From assembly GCF_902713615.1 (NCBI RefSeq), contig NC_052161.1:77396438-77460437 (forward strand): a DNA stretch of 64,000 bases. The letters run 5' to 3'. Under the pieces are notes generated by a model. It was not told where the DNA came from. It ran no database searches and worked only from the letters and a program-made list of their open reading frames with translations. Shown here piece by piece: positions 12,073-25,490 of this stretch (within the stretch, counting starts at the first letter, position 1; each line of letters opens with the position of its first letter). Made by a program: the position numbers and the translations under genes. This stretch comes from Scyliorhinus canicula. Its lineage: Eukaryota.

Positions 12073-13379
12073 GACATGGGTCTCTGTTTCATCTCTTAAT
12101 CACGCCCTGTGTCTCTGCTAACAGGAAGGCAATCAAATTTAGTTTTTTACCCATTCATAGGATGTGAGCATCGCTGGCTGGACCTGCATTTATTGCCATC
12201 CCTTCTCTTCGAGCTTTGTACAGATCATTGGAAACACTTTTGATACAATTGCACATCAATTTTAGTATCACTGAGAGGGGTGTGAATTGTGCTGTAACAC
12301 TGAAGTTAATGAATCCATAAAGATTGAGATTACTGAATTTCATATGGCTATTCACGTGTAACCTCTAGGAGTTGGACTGCAGCGTCATCATGTTGAGATG
12401 AAATGAAATGAAATGAAAATCGCTTATTGTCACAAGTAGACTTCAAATGAAGTTACTGTGAAAAGCCCCTTTTATGGGGAATGAGGGATGGAGCCTGAAG
12501 TTTGCCAGCAAGTACGATCATTTGGGGAATTCAGTGAAAAGCCATGGAAAAGAGGTATCACTGTCCCAGTAGGAGCCTCACCCAATGGGGAAACGACTTG
12601 GAGTATCCGTGTTTGAAGGCCGCAGCCTCAACTCAGCCCACACTCACACCAAGCGAGCCACTGCTCAGAAGCTCACAAATCGAAGGAGCAATCTCTCAGT
12701 GCAAATACATCCTTTGGTAAATCTAAGGACCAGAATGTAAGCTAAACAAAAAAATATAGAAAAATCAAATAAGCACTTACCGAGAAAATAACAAGACAAA
12801 GCAGTGGAAAGTGAAGCCAACGTAAATTAGATTTTGGCACTCAGCCAGCAAAGGAAGTCAAATGCATTGAGACTATATACACATTAAACCATTCACCACA
12901 AATCACCTCAAGACAAACCAAGCCCCTTGAGGAATATGCTTTGCTGAATTCTGTACAGTAGCCGATTGCAGCTGCTTGGTGCATTTTAAGACTGTTCCGT
13001 TGGACAGTTTCAAAATTTAAAAAATGTTATTTTCCAAACTTTGTCGGATTAATTTTGCATTGAAGATTTAGAAGTCACAATTTGAAATTTAAAAAACTTA
13101 GAAAAATCAAAATGAATTCTGGAGACACAAAGGTGGAAAGGGTTAAGATGGAAACGAGAAGGAATTTCTTCTCCCAGGCGGTTAATAGTGTTTGTTCCTC
13201 TGGAAGCAGTGCAGGTTGGGTTATTAGATATGTCAAGGCTGAGTTAGATAGGTCTTGGGGGGGGGGCTCAGGTAGTCTCAGCCGGCGTTGTGGGGGGGGG
13301 GGGGGTCATGCAGTCGGAGTGTGGGGGACCAAAATAAACTAGATGAATACTGAAAAAAGAAAATCTCTCAACAAACAAG

Positions 13380-13860
13380 CACGCCATAGGTATGCCTAGA
13401 TGGGGCAGTCGTCACAGGAATGCTGGTGTTGAGAAAACAAACAACATAACTGTGGCAAGAAAGGTCACATGACAAAGGTGTGCTGGAACAGATAGAATAC
13501 TTAAACTTTAAAGATGGGTAAACGGAAGGATGCACCCATACCCACAAAAAAAGTATATTGAATGATCAAAGACAATGAAAATTACAAGAAGACGCGACGT
13601 CTAGGGAGATCAAAGAACTAAAACCCGGTGTATTATCGATGCAAGGCAATGTGCAGAGATTTGGGGTCTATCCGAAACTGAATGGGAACAAAACTAAAAT
13701 GGAAGTGGATATAGGAGCCGCTATATATCCCATCTCTGAAAATCTACATCAACAAAAGCACAAGAACATTCCATTTAAGGTCAGGCCAAGTGGACAGTGC
13801 GTGGATGGGTACATCTCTCTCTCTTGTGTGATATGCAAGATTAGATTTAAGAAACTCTCA
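13380..13860 (+). pseudogene. Highly decayed Gypsy gag/protease remnant
   Basis: LNGNKTKMEVDIGAAIYPISE resembles the retropepsin MEVDTGA motif. Confidence 0.55.
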
Positions 13861-14879
13861 GTTTTGTATTGGGAAGAATATTTAGATATGAGGAATGCTC
13901 ATGATCCTCGGATCATGTTATAGATCCAAAGGATTTTTTTTTTAAATGACTTGAAATTTGATGGTTATAATGTTGGGGCTTCAGAGTTATCCCATACGCC
14001 AAAGGCTAAAGTGTACGAGAATTCCACCAAAGCTAAATTCATGTTCTGTTATCTGGTACTGTTTGGCCCTGATGTTGCCACTTAACTCCCTCCCCAAGCC
14101 ACTGTGCATCTGGTCATCCTTTTGCTGGTGTAGGTTGGATGGAAGGGAGTTAATTTATCAGGTACATAGTCAGCCTCTTACTACCCCTTACCTCTTGATT
14201 AATAAGGGGATCAGGGGTTATGGGGGAAAGGCAGGAGAACGGGGGTCAGAAACATATCAGCCGTGATTGAATGTCAGAGCACACTTGATGGGCCAAATGG
14301 CCTAATTCGGCTCATCTTATGGTCTTAAAACCATCTAATATAATATTGAGATTTTTTGCAGATTGGGTGGTTATATCATCGTGCAGGGAGGGTGAGGGGG
14401 CACAGATGGATAGGGATTTAGTATCTCTATGAAAAGTGCGATGAATGCAGAATTTTTAAATATATATTGTCTTATATGTCTGTTGCAGTAATGTTATTAA
14501 AATAACTTAGGTTAAGGTATGCAGATGATATGTGATTAACAGCTAGGCAGGTTGTGATGTCACATATAGGAGAGCTACGTCTGTTTTTTAGTTTCATTTT
14601 CACCCCTGTCCTGTGTCTATTGTTTCTGGTTTCATTCTGAGAGTTCTGCTCTGGGTTCTGAGGAAAGAAGGTGTATTTATCAGACTGACTTCTGAAAGCT
14701 TCTCTCCCAAGGACTTTGTGAATAAATCTGTAAGCCACTGAGTGTTAACTGTATTAATAAGTGGCATTTGATCTGTGTGTGTGGATTTCGCTTTACTGAA
14801 ATTAAAGAAACAGATGGGAAAGTAAGCTCAAAAGCCTTTCTTTGGCCACGATCTAATGAATAAAAAACTGAGCCTATTC

Positions 14880-15850
14880 TGGGCAGGAATAGCGGGGTTG
14901 TTACCGGCATTGTAGCACCGGGAATGACCACACTATCTAATAGCACTCTTTTCTTAAGGCCTCAGCCCTGCTTAGGCTTCACTCAGTTGCATTTCCTTCA
15001 CTGAGTTGCTCTTCTTGCCAGTGCAGGAAGGGAGCGGTTGGCACCCTGATTTCTCGATCCCCGATGCTACTGCAGACTCCCAACATCCCAACTCACCTCT
15101 TCGGGGGTCCTTGAGCCTCCCTCCCGCACCCTTCATCATATGGGAAGGACATCCCTGGGCCCGATCCCTGGCATGGGCAAAATGCCAGCCTGGCACCCTT
15201 GCAGTGCAACCATGCGGCACTACGAGAGTGCCACCTGGCACAGCCAGAGTTCCAGGTTGGCAGTGTCACAATGCCTGGATGGCATCATCAGTGCCAGGGT
15301 ACCACCCTGCCCAGATACCAACCACCCAGGGGTCTTTGATCGCCTTGGAGACCTTCCCCTAAGTGCTGAACTGCTTGGTCCCCATTTGTGCGGACCAGTG
15401 CTAAATGGCTGGGGTCTCCTCAGCGAGGCAGGTAGATCCTGGGTGCCGGTTAGATCTGGCATCGGCAGAGTTAAGTGAACTTTTAAGCTCACTTAATTAT
15501 GCAAGTCTAGGTGGCACAGTGATGCAGTGGTTAGCGTTGCAGCCTCACGGCACCAAGGACCCTGGGTTTGATCCAGGCCCAGGGTCACTCTCCTTGTGGA
15601 GTTTGCACATTCTGCCCTTGTCTGCGTGGGCCTACCCTCACAACCAAAAGATGTGCAGGGTAGGTGAATTGGCCATGCTAAATTGCCCTTAATTGGAAAA
15701 CAAAGGAATTGGGCACCTTAAATTATTTTTTTTAAAACTCTGCAAGTCTGTTTCCCGCCCATTATGGGCAGATCCAGATCACAACATCTTGCGAGATCTT
15801 GTTAGACCTCGCTAGCCGTAACGACCGTCAGGAATCTCAGAAGAGGCTGA
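14880..15850. mobile_element. Old GC-rich Harbinger-type MITE (GTGCC/GGCAC-rich family), interrupted by a SINE at 15509-15740
   Basis: Shares the GGTCC.C.TTTGTG.GGACCAGTGCTA hairpin and GTGCCAGG repeats with 53640-54190. Confidence 0.55.
15509..15740 (+). mobile_element. Short V-SINE with A-rich tail and TSD
   Basis: TGCAAGTCT at 15500-15508 and 15741-15749. Confidence 0.8.
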
Positions 15851-16384
15851 CGGTTTCCTAATATAAATTGAGGGTGTCTGGTCCAGATGCTGGAAATCAA
15901 AGGTAAGGACACACAATGCTGGAAAAAGTCTCAATGTTTCCTGTCTGATGAAGTCTGATGAACGATCACAGACCTAAAATACCGCAGAATCTCTACAGTG
16001 CAGAGGAGGCCATTCGGCCCTTTGAGTCTGCACCGACCCCTCAGAAAGTGCCCCCAACCTTGGCCCAATCCCCCGCCCTATCCCAGTAACCCCATAACTC
16101 CACCCACCTTGAAATTCTTTGGACACGAGGGGCAATTTTAGTACCCCTAACCTGCGACGTTAACGTTTTCTCTCTCTCTACACAGATTCTGCCAAACCTA
16201 CTGAGATTTTTCCAGCATTTCCTGTTCAAATTTCAAATATTTAACAAGTTATTTTTTACCTTTCCAGAAGACAGTGCTCCTTTACAAAGCTTATTCCCTT
16301 TTAGTGCCCCAACTTCACAATTTAGTACACCTCCAGCGTTTCGAAGAATAAGTTTGAGGAACACTTTCTAACCATTATTATTCG

Positions 16385-16731
16385 GGGCAGCACGGTAACA
16401 TTGTGGATAGCACAACTGCTTCACAGCTCCAGGGTCCCAGGTTTGATTCCGGCTTGGGTCACTGTCTGTGTGGAGTCTGCACATCCTCCCCGTGTGTGCG
16501 TGGGTTTCCTCCTGGTGCTCCGGTTTCCTCCCACAGTCAAAAGATGTGCTGGTTAGGTGGATTGGCCATGCTAAATTGCCCTTAGTGTCCAAAATTGCCC
16601 TTAGCGTTGGGTGGGGTTACTGGGTTATGGGGATAGGGTGGATGTGTTAACCTTGGGTAGGGTGCTCTTTCCAGGAGCCGGTGCAGACTCGATGGGCCGA
16701 ATGGCCTCCTTCTGCACTGTAAATTCTATGT
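16385..16731 (+). mobile_element. HE1-type V-SINE with CR1-derived tail
   Basis: GGGCAGCACGGT tRNA head; V core GGGTTTCCTCC.GGTGCTCCGGTTTCCTCCCACAGTC; tail GGGCCGAATGGCCTCCTTCTGCACTGT. Confidence 0.9.
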
Positions 16732-16747
16732 AAATCTATTATGGGGC

Positions 16748-17310
16748 AAGAGTGGTACAGCAGTATTGCCGCTGGACTAGTAATCTCAAGACCTGGGGTA
16801 AAGCGCCAGGGACCGGGTTCAAATCCCACCATGGCAGATGACGAAATGTGAATTCAATAAAAATCTGGAATTAAAAGTCTAATGATGACCGTGAAACCAC
16901 TGTTGTTCGTTAATTTTGCCAGGTGTACAGAGCTGCCGCTGTCAAGCTGGTGCACAATACCCTACCGGTTATTCTATTTTATTTTTTATTGTATTTTTTT
17001 TTACTTTGTACTATTTTCTTCTCTTTGGTATGTTTGGGTGTGCCCTTCTCTTCTATATATGTGTGTATATATATATGTTTCTTATCCTGTGTACATAACG
17101 GTAATTATACCTTGTTCAAAAACCCAATAAAAAAACATTTATAAGTAAGTAAAAACCCAATTGGTTCGCTAATGTCCTTTGGGGAAGGAAATCTGTCATC
17201 ATGTGATTCCAGACTCTCTGCAACGTGGTTGACTCTCAAATGCCCTCAGGGAGGGGAAATAAAGGCTGGCCGAGCCGACGATGCCAACGTCCCAGAAACA
17301 AATAAAAAAC
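16748..17310 (+). mobile_element. DeuSINE-like (SacSINE1-like) SINE interrupted by an L1-like 3' UTR (~16905-17145)
   Basis: tRNA head, GGTTCAAATCCCACCATGGCAG, GGTTC.CTAATGTCCTTT.GGGAAGGAAATCTG core; insert is T-rich and ends AATAAA + A-rich. Similar copies at 34740-35060 and 53160-53350. Confidence 0.65.
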
Positions 17311-17859
17311 TAATGAAATGACCAGACCGAGATAACTAGGGGAAGGATAGCTCAGTGTCCCCATTGCTCATATTGCACATGTAGAGCAGCAGTGCCATCA
17401 CTACTGTAATAGGAATCAGAATCACCCCAGATATATAAACTAGCTGGTAGCTCTTTCAGCGCAGTAGTTTGCATGCTTGATAAATGATGAGGAGCTGAGC
17501 AATGACTTTAGCAAAATTTATCCAAAGTTTATTCAATTCAGGATCTCAATAATAATTGCAACATAAAGTATACTGTTGTAAAGAGCTCATTACACAACAA
17601 GCTCTGTATACCTTTAATTGCACAGGTTCCAGCTGTTTCCTATTTAGAGTGAGGAGGTGTTCATGAAGGTCCCACCTCCTCAACCTTGTCCCTTGCCTGA
17701 TGTGTGGTGATCCTGAGGTTAAATCACCACCAGTCAGCTCTCAAAGTCCTCGAAGGAGGAAGTAGCCTATGGTCATTTGGGACTGTGGCAACTTTAACTT
17801 TATTCAGAGTGAAATTAAGAGCATGTTTCTTTGAAGGTGAAGCAGGGGGGACCTAGGGT

Positions 17860-18330
17860 GGAGGTTGTTGCATGCAGTAGTTCACGGACTCCCAAGATAC
17901 CTGCCCTTTTTGTGGCCTTGTGCAGTCCGTGGATCATGTTTATATAGGTTGTTATATGCTGCACTCCTTTTTCAGTTATTTAAAAAAACTTTTGTTGAAG
18001 TTTAGATTGCACTTCAGCCCCACGCTCCTGATCTATGGGCACCCAGTGTGGAGAGGGGTGGGGAAGGAAGAGGATCTCCTTGTGAACTTGCTGCTAGGCC
18101 TGGCTAAACTTTCCATCAACAGCTCCAGGCAGCTCCGGGCAAACTAGGGGGTTGTCCGACCCGACTGTTTGCCCCTCTTCCGTGGCTACATTTGTGTCTG
18201 GGTATCCCTGGAGAGGGAACATGCGGTATCCATGGGACCATCAAGGCCTTCTGAGCCGGTCGGGCACCGCAGGGGCTGGGGTGTCTTATTGACCCCGTTA
18301 ATCACATTTTGATTTGAAGTCTTAAATTTC
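17860..18330 (+). mobile_element. Tx1/L1-clade ORF2 C-terminal remnant
   Basis: C.FCG..QSVDHVYIGC zinc-knuckle-like motif followed by LHFSPTLLIYG...LLVNLLLGLAKL. Confidence 0.7.
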
Positions 18331-19370
18331 CTTTGTGATTGGCTTTTTATTTAAAGCAGTTTCCCTTTAAGGGACTGTCTCTCGCTTCATTTGATTTTGG
18401 TTACTTATGTTAGCAAAATAGTTCGAGCTAACTTAAAGGGCCGACTGGTCGACTCCTGTTCATATGAGAATTCTTCAACTTTTCTTCAAAGCCTGTCATT
18501 GACTCTTCAACATCTGTTTGTGAGAGCTTTTATTGAATTGTCTCATCTGCAAGATGGCACTTCCAACAGTACAGCATTCCCTCAGAATTGCCCTGCCGTG
18601 TTAGCCTTGATAGTGTTTTTGCGCAGCAAAATAAACTCACAACCCTCCAGAAGCACGAGTAAAATTCAGCCTAGAAAGATTTGTCCCATCTCCAAGATAG
18701 TTTATTTTACAGATGTTACCATGTATAGTACAGAAAGGTGGAATGCTTTGAATGAAGCCATACAAGGCCTCACAAAATGATCCATAGTTTTGATAATTAT
18801 CTGGCACAATGAAAGGTGGCCAAATAAAGGCAACGATTCGGACAGTGAATGTATTACCTACTGAATCTGTTTGGACGTTTTCCGACAGTATGTGTCCTTC
18901 AGGGATTAAAGTACTCGCCCTTGGTGATCATGATTGCTTATGTGGTGAGGTCCCAGTCAAATCCAGTGGAGATACTGAGCAGACACTGAGAATACAAGTT
19001 AACCCCTCCCATACTTTCTAAAATCTACAGAGCTGTAAAGACACTATGGCTGAGGAGAGGTTATTCTGCTCATTTCCTTGGCCAACACATGATGAAAATA
19101 GGTTCAGAGGAGTGATGTTTAAAATGAATCTATATTTGGTATGTTTGTGCTTGGCACCTTCAGTGGCAGAGGTTATGTTTTCACCCCTGACTGTTAACTG
19201 TCAGTTTGCAAAACAAAATCTCAGAACAGACAGATTTCAATGCAACTTGGAACACCAATAGGGTACTGCCCAAGGAAGAGCTGATTAATTCGTTGGCAAA
19301 GATGCAGATCCAGATATGGATTGGGATCCTGGAACTTTTTAAAAAGGTGGTCAATATTCCTCGGTAGCAG

Positions 19371-20030
19371 GGGCGGCACGGTGGCACAGTGGTTAGCACT
19401 GTTGCCTCACAGCGCCAGGGTCCCAGGTTCAATTCCTGCTTGGGTCACTGTCTGTGCAGAGTCTGCACGTTCTCCCTCTGCCTGCCTGAGTTTCCTCCAG
19501 GAGCTCCTGTTTCCTCCCGCAAGTCCTGAAAGACGTGCTTGTTAGGTGAATTGGACATTCTGAATTCTTCCTCAGTGCAGCACGGTAGCATGGTGGTTAG
19601 CATAAATGCTTCACAGCTCCAGGGTCCCAGGTTCGATTCCCGGCTGGGTCACTGTCTGTGCGGAGTCTGCACGTCCTCCCCGTGTGTGCTTGGGTTTCCT
19701 CCGGGTGCTCCGGTTTCCTCCCACAGTCCAAAGATGTGCGGGTTAGGTGGATTGGCCATGCTAAATTGCCCGTAGTGTCCTAAAAAGTAAGGTTAAGGGG
19801 GGGGGGGGGGGTTGTTGGGTTACGGGTATAGGGTGGATACGTGGGTTTGAGTAGGGTGATCATGGCTCGGCACAACATCGAGGGCCGAAGGGCCTGTTCT
19901 GTGCTGTACTGTTCTATGTTCTGTGTACCTGAACAGGCGCCCGAGTGTGGCGACCAGGGGATTTTCACAGTAACTTCATTGCAGTGTTAATGTAAGCCTA
20001 CTTGTGATACCAATAAAGACTATTATAATT
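19371..20030 (+). mobile_element. V-SINE carrying the family-B tail, with a young HE1 nested at 19577-19922
   Basis: V head and core at 19371-19576 resume at 19923 with AACAGGCGCC.GAGTGTGGCGAC...CTTGTGATACCAATAAAG. Confidence 0.85.
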
Positions 20031-20625
20031 AATATTGGAAAGGTAAGGTGAATTGAGGATGTTGTCGGTTATTTGATTTGGAATGTTGTTGATCATTTTG
20101 GAATGTTGTGGATTGTCTCAGCTGATGCGGTAGAATTTGTCACAGCTGTCAATGTGTGAGCAGAGTTTTCAGAGCAGATTGTTGGATGTGGATTGGCCTG
20201 AAATCTCGAAGACGGAAGCTCTTAATTAAAAAAAAAATCAGCTTTCTAATCACAGAGCAGCAACCAGGCAGGGAAAAACTTCACAAAAGGGCTGCATAAT
20301 TGTAATACTATTGTGTTAAGGCAGCATGACTGAGCTATATATCTACTGAATGCTGTTATTAACTGTTTTCAAAATGAAAACTTTCGCCAACTTAGTTTTG
20401 ATAAAACGCATGTCAATAATGCAGAGGCCAATTAAGTGAGTTCAGTCAAAATGGCCACAGTTCCGGGTGATATTGAATGTACTATTTTATATAAAACATT
20501 TCCCTTTTAAATCATGGCTGTTAATTTGGGGTGAGGTGGGGTTGGGAGGTAATTCTCCGACCATTGGTGGTGCCAGAAGACAGGAGAATTGCACATGTTA
20601 TTCCCTTATTCAGAAAAGGGTATGA

Positions 20626-21135
20626 GGGGCTGGTTTAGCACAGTGGGCTGAGACAGCTGGCTTGTAATGCAGAACAAGCGCGGGTTCAATTCCCATTCCA
20701 GCCTCCCCGAACAGGCACCGGAATATGGCGACTAGGAGCTTTTCATAGTAACTACATTGAAGTTTACTTGTGACAATAAGCTATTATTATTAAGGGCAGC
20801 ACGGTAGTCTTGTGGATAGCACAATTGCTTCACAGGTTCGATTCCGGCTTGGGTCACTGTCTGTGTGGCGTCTGCACATCCTCCCCGTGTGTGTGTGGGT
20901 TTCCTCCGGGTGCTCCGGTTTACTCCCACAGTCCAAAGATGTGCAGGTTAGGTGGATTGGCCATGATAAATTGTCCTTAGTGTCCAAAATTGCCCTTAGT
21001 GTTGGGTGGGGTTACTGGGTTATGGGGATAGGGTGGAGGTGTTGACCTTGGGTAGGGTGCTCTTTCCAGGAGCCGGTGCAGACCCGATGGGCCGAATGGC
21101 CTCCTTCTGCACTGTAAATTCTATGATATCTATGA
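20626..21135 (+). mobile_element. Family-B SINE followed directly by an HE1 SINE
   Basis: HE1 head begins at ~20794 in the (ATT)n tail of the first SINE. Confidence 0.85.
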
Positions 21136-21219
21136 TAACAACTGCAAGTCAGTCAATTTAACCTCAATTTTGGGAAAGTTTATGGAAACAATAATGTGGG
21201 AGACAACATTGTCATCAAT

Positions 21220-22500
21220 TAGGGAAAGCGCAGCACAGAATTTTTAAAGACAACACATTTTTAACCAATTTGTTTGTATGTTTTGCTGTGATGATAGAGA
21301 AGGTTGATGGGCGAATGAGTTGATGAGGTGTATCTGGATCTCCAAAAGGTACTTGATAATCTGCCATGTAATAGACTTGCCAGAAAAGGTGGGGTTCATG
21401 GAGTAAAATGAACAGTGGCAATGTGGATACAAAGTTGGTTGAGTGGCAGGAAACAGAGAGTCGTGAATGATTGTTTCTTGGACTGGAGGAAGATATATCA
21501 TGGGACATATGGATGACCCAAGCTTGGGTCCAAAGGGTGCCATTTAAAATGTTGTTAATGTTACAAAGCTTGGAAGTATAGTGAACTGTGAGGAAGATAA
21601 TGAAAGACTTTGAGAGGGCAGAGACAGACTGGTCAAATGGACAAGAATGTGGTCAATAAAATCCAATGCAGAGACGTGTAAGTTGATACGTTTGGGTGGA
21701 AGAATGTGGAGAGGCAATATAAATAAAAAAGTTAGATTTTAGAGGGGGGGTTACAGGGACAGAGGGACATAGAAACAAAGAAAATAAGAGCAGGAGCCCT
21801 TTGAGCTTGCTCCGCCATTCAATATGATTATGGCTGGCCCTCTCTCTTAATGCCATATTTCTGCTCTTCCTCCAAACCACTTGACAACTTTATAGTCTAG
21901 AAATCTATCTATTTCCTTCTTAAATATATTCAGTGATATGGCCTCCAGAGCCTTCTGTGTTAGAGAATTCCACAGGTACACCACCCTCTGAGTGAAGATG
22001 TTTCTCCTCACCTCCTAAATGGCCCAACCCATATCCTGAGACTGTGACTCTGTGTTCAACTCTCCCAGTCAGAGGAAACAACATCCCTGCATCCAGTCTG
22101 TCCAGCCCTGTCAGTATTCTATATGTTTCAATGAGATACCCTCTCATTCTTCTAAACTGCAGGGAATACCAGCAGACCTCAGGTACATAGACATAGACAT
22201 AGAACATAGAACAGGCCCTTCGGCCCTCGATGTTGTGCCGAGCAAATGATCACCCTACTCAAACCCACGTATCCACCCCCTCCCTCACCTTACTTTTTAG
22301 GATACTACGGGCAATTTAGCATGGCCAATCCACCTAACCCGCACATCTTTGGACTGTGGGAGGAAACCGGAGCACCCGGAGGAAACCCACGTACACACGG
22401 GGAGGACGTGCAGACTCCGCACAGACAGTGACCCAGCCGGGAACCGAACCTGGGACCCTGGAGCTGTGAAGCATTTATGCTAACCACCATGCTACATGTG
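21220..22500. mobile_element. Old + strand CR1 fragment, minus CR1 3' end (21770-22175) and minus young HE1 (22190-22495)
   Basis: Decayed RT motifs; RRMRGYLIETYRILTGLDR; HE1 core. Confidence 0.75.
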
Positions 22501-22844
22501 CACAAATCATTGAAAGTGGCTGAGACATGCTGAGAAAGTGGTTAATAAGGCACCTGAGATTCTGGGCTTTCTATAAAAGGCTTAGAGTTTGAAAGCATGG
22601 AGTGGAATTTTTCCATTCCCGGATTAAGACTCATGGTAGAGGCGGAAACGAGGAGACTTTACCAGCACTGAGGTTGCTGGAGGTTCGCACCGAATTGCAT
22701 GATGCAGGCTTCATTAATTATTGCAGTCGGGGTGGGCTGGACATTAAGTTACACACTATTCAAGAAGGGATAGCCTGCCAATCCCAGATTCAGTAACACC
22801 TCCCAGGACGTCCTCCTGAGTGAAGATCAGGTGAAGAGGGGACA

Positions 22845-25460
22845 CATAGAAATACAGAAAATAGGAGCAGGAGGAGGCCATTCAGCCCTTCAAACCTTTT
22901 CCGCCATTCATTACGATCATGGCTGATCAGGTTCAACACCCTGATCCCAGCTTCCTTCCATATCCCATGTTTCCTTTAGCCCCAAGAGCTGTATCTAATT
23001 CCTTCTTGAAATTACACAAAGTTTTGGCTTCAACTACTTTCTGTGCTAGCGAATTCCACAGATTCACCACTCTCTGGGTGAAGAAATGTCTCCTCACTTC
23101 AGCCCTACTAGGTTCTGATTTCACTTGTGGTTGCATGATACATAGATACATAGAAGAGAGGAGCAGGAGGAGGCCTTTTGGCCCTTCGAACATGCTCCGC
23201 CATTCATCACGATCATGGCTGATCATCCAACTCAACAGCCTAATCTTGCTTTCTCCCCATAGCCTTCGATCCCATTTTCCCCAAGTGCTATATCCAGCTG
23301 CCTCTTGAATATATTCAAAGTTTTAGCATCAAGTACTTCCTGTGGTAATGAATTCCACAGGCTCACCACTGTGAAGAAGTGTCTCCTTATCTCTGTCCGA
23401 AATGGTTTACCCTGAATCCTCAGACTGTGACCCAGTTCTGGACACACCTATTATTGGTAACATCTTCCCTGCATCTACCCTGTCTAGTCCTGTTAGAATT
23501 TTATAAGTCTCTGAGACCCTCCCTCATTCTTCTGAACTCCAACGAGAACAATCCCAACCTAGTCAATCTCTCCTTATATGACAGACCCGCCATCCATGGA
23601 ATCAGTCTGGTAAACCTTCTCTGCACTCCCTCGACAGCAAGAACATCCTTCCTCAGAGAAGGAGACCAAAACTGCACCAAAACTCCAAGTGTGGCCTCAC
23701 CAAGGCCCTGTATAATTGCAGCAACACATCCCTGCTTCTATACTCGAAACCTCTTGCAATGAAGGCCAACATACCATTAGCCTTCTTTATTGCCTGCTGC
23801 ACCCGCATGCTTACCTTCAGCGACTGGTACACAAGGACACCCAGGTCCCGCTACACACTCCCTTCTCCCAATATAAAACCATTCAGGTAGTAATCTGCCT
23901 TCCTGTTTTTGCTTCCAAAATGAATAACCTCACACTTATCCAAATTATACTGCATCTGCCATTGGTTTGCCTACTCACTCACCCTGTACAGATCTTGCTG
24001 TAGGATCCCTGCATCCTCATCACAATTCACCCTCCCACCTAATTTGGTATCATCTGCAAACTTTGAGATGTTACATTTTGTTCCCTCATCCAAATCATTC
24101 ATATATATTGTGAATAGCTGGGGTCCCAGCACCGATCCCTGTGGTACCGCACTGGCCTGCCAATTTGAAAAGGACCCATTAACTCCTACACTTTGTTCCT
24201 CTCTGCCTACCAGTTTTCTATCCACCTCAATACACTTCGCCCAATCCCATGTGCTTTAATTTTGCACAATGATCTCTTATGCGGGACTTTGTCAAATGCC
24301 TTCTGAAAGTCCAAATATACCACATCGACTGGCTCCACCTTGTCGACTGTACTGGTTACCTCTTCAAAGAATTCTAACAGATTTGTCAAGCATGATTTTC
24401 CCTTCATAAATCCATGCTGACTCCAACTGATCCTGCCACTGCTTTCTAAATGTTCCGCTATAAAATCCTTGATAATGGGCAGGATTCTCTAATCCCGTGG
24501 CAGAGTGTCCATGCCGTCGTAAACGGCGTCACATTTTATGACAGCGTGAACAGGCTGACCCCACGGCTAATTGTGGCCTGCAAAAAGGCACTGGAGCCGT
24601 TCACGCCGCTCCAGCTGCTAATCCTGGCGTGGACTGGTCTCCGTGGGATACTCACATGCGCAGTGGCACCGGCACCAACGCGCGCCTACACAGTGCCTTC
24701 CTTCAATGTGCTGGCCCCGACGCAACATGGCGCAGGACTACAGGGGCCGGTGCGGAAGAAACGAGGCCCCCAGCAAGAGAGGCCGGCCCTCCGATCGGTG
24801 GGCCCCAATCACGAGCCAGGCCACATCGGAGGCCCCCCCCACCCCATGGTCGGACCCCCCCCACCCCCCCCCCCCCCGACAAGCCGCCCCCCGACCCTTC
24901 CATGCCGAGGTCACGCCGGTTGAGTGCAGGTGTAGACGGCGCCGGCGGGACTCGCCGTTTTCACGAAGGCCGCTCAGCCCATCCCGCGCCAAGCATCGGC
25001 GGGCCGGCCGCGTAGAATGGGTCCCAACCGGTGCCGCACCAACCACGCCGGTGCCAATGGTGCCGATTCTGCGGAGAATCGCTTGCCAGCGTCGGGGCAG
25101 CGTGGCACGATTCACGCTGGCTGCGGGGATTCTCCAGCCTGGCCCCCGGCAGAGAGAATCCCACCCAATGGGTTCAAGCATTTTCCCCACTACCGATGTT
25201 AGGCCTACCGGTCCATAATTCCCTGCGTTCTCTCTACCTCCCTTTTTGAATATCGGAATGACGTGAGCTACCCTCTAATCTGCAGGGACAGTTCCAGAGT
25301 CTATAGAATCCTGGAAGATGACCACCAATGCATCCACTATTTCTAGAGCCACCTCCTTAAGCACTCTGGGATGCAGACTCTCAGGCCCTGGGGATTTATC
25401 CACATTCAATCCCATCAGTTTTCCCAGCACCATTTCTCTACTAATGTTGATCCCCCTCAG
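22845..25460 (-). mobile_element. Two CR1 LINEs (3' end 22845-23100; longer copy 23140-25460 containing a MITE)
   Basis: [62 protein letters not shown]. Confidence 0.9.
24477..25166. mobile_element. Harbinger-type MITE, 690 bp, with 3-bp TSD
   Basis: TIRs GGGCAGGATTCTCT / AGAGAATCCCACCC; AAT at 24474-76 and 25167-69; removal restores contiguous CR1 sequence. Confidence 0.88.
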
Positions 25461-25490
25461 GTACACTTTTGTGAGCATAGTCCACTTATT

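Noticed and set aside
12476-12720. Exon-like stretch beginning GNE...
   Set aside because: In-frame stop and no matching acceptor or motif.
14480-14790. LTR-like fragments (also 48170-48365)
   Set aside because: Composition and AATAAA are suggestive, but there are no clear termini or TSD.
16385-16460. tRNA genes
   Set aside because: All tRNA-like segments are SINE heads followed by SINE bodies.
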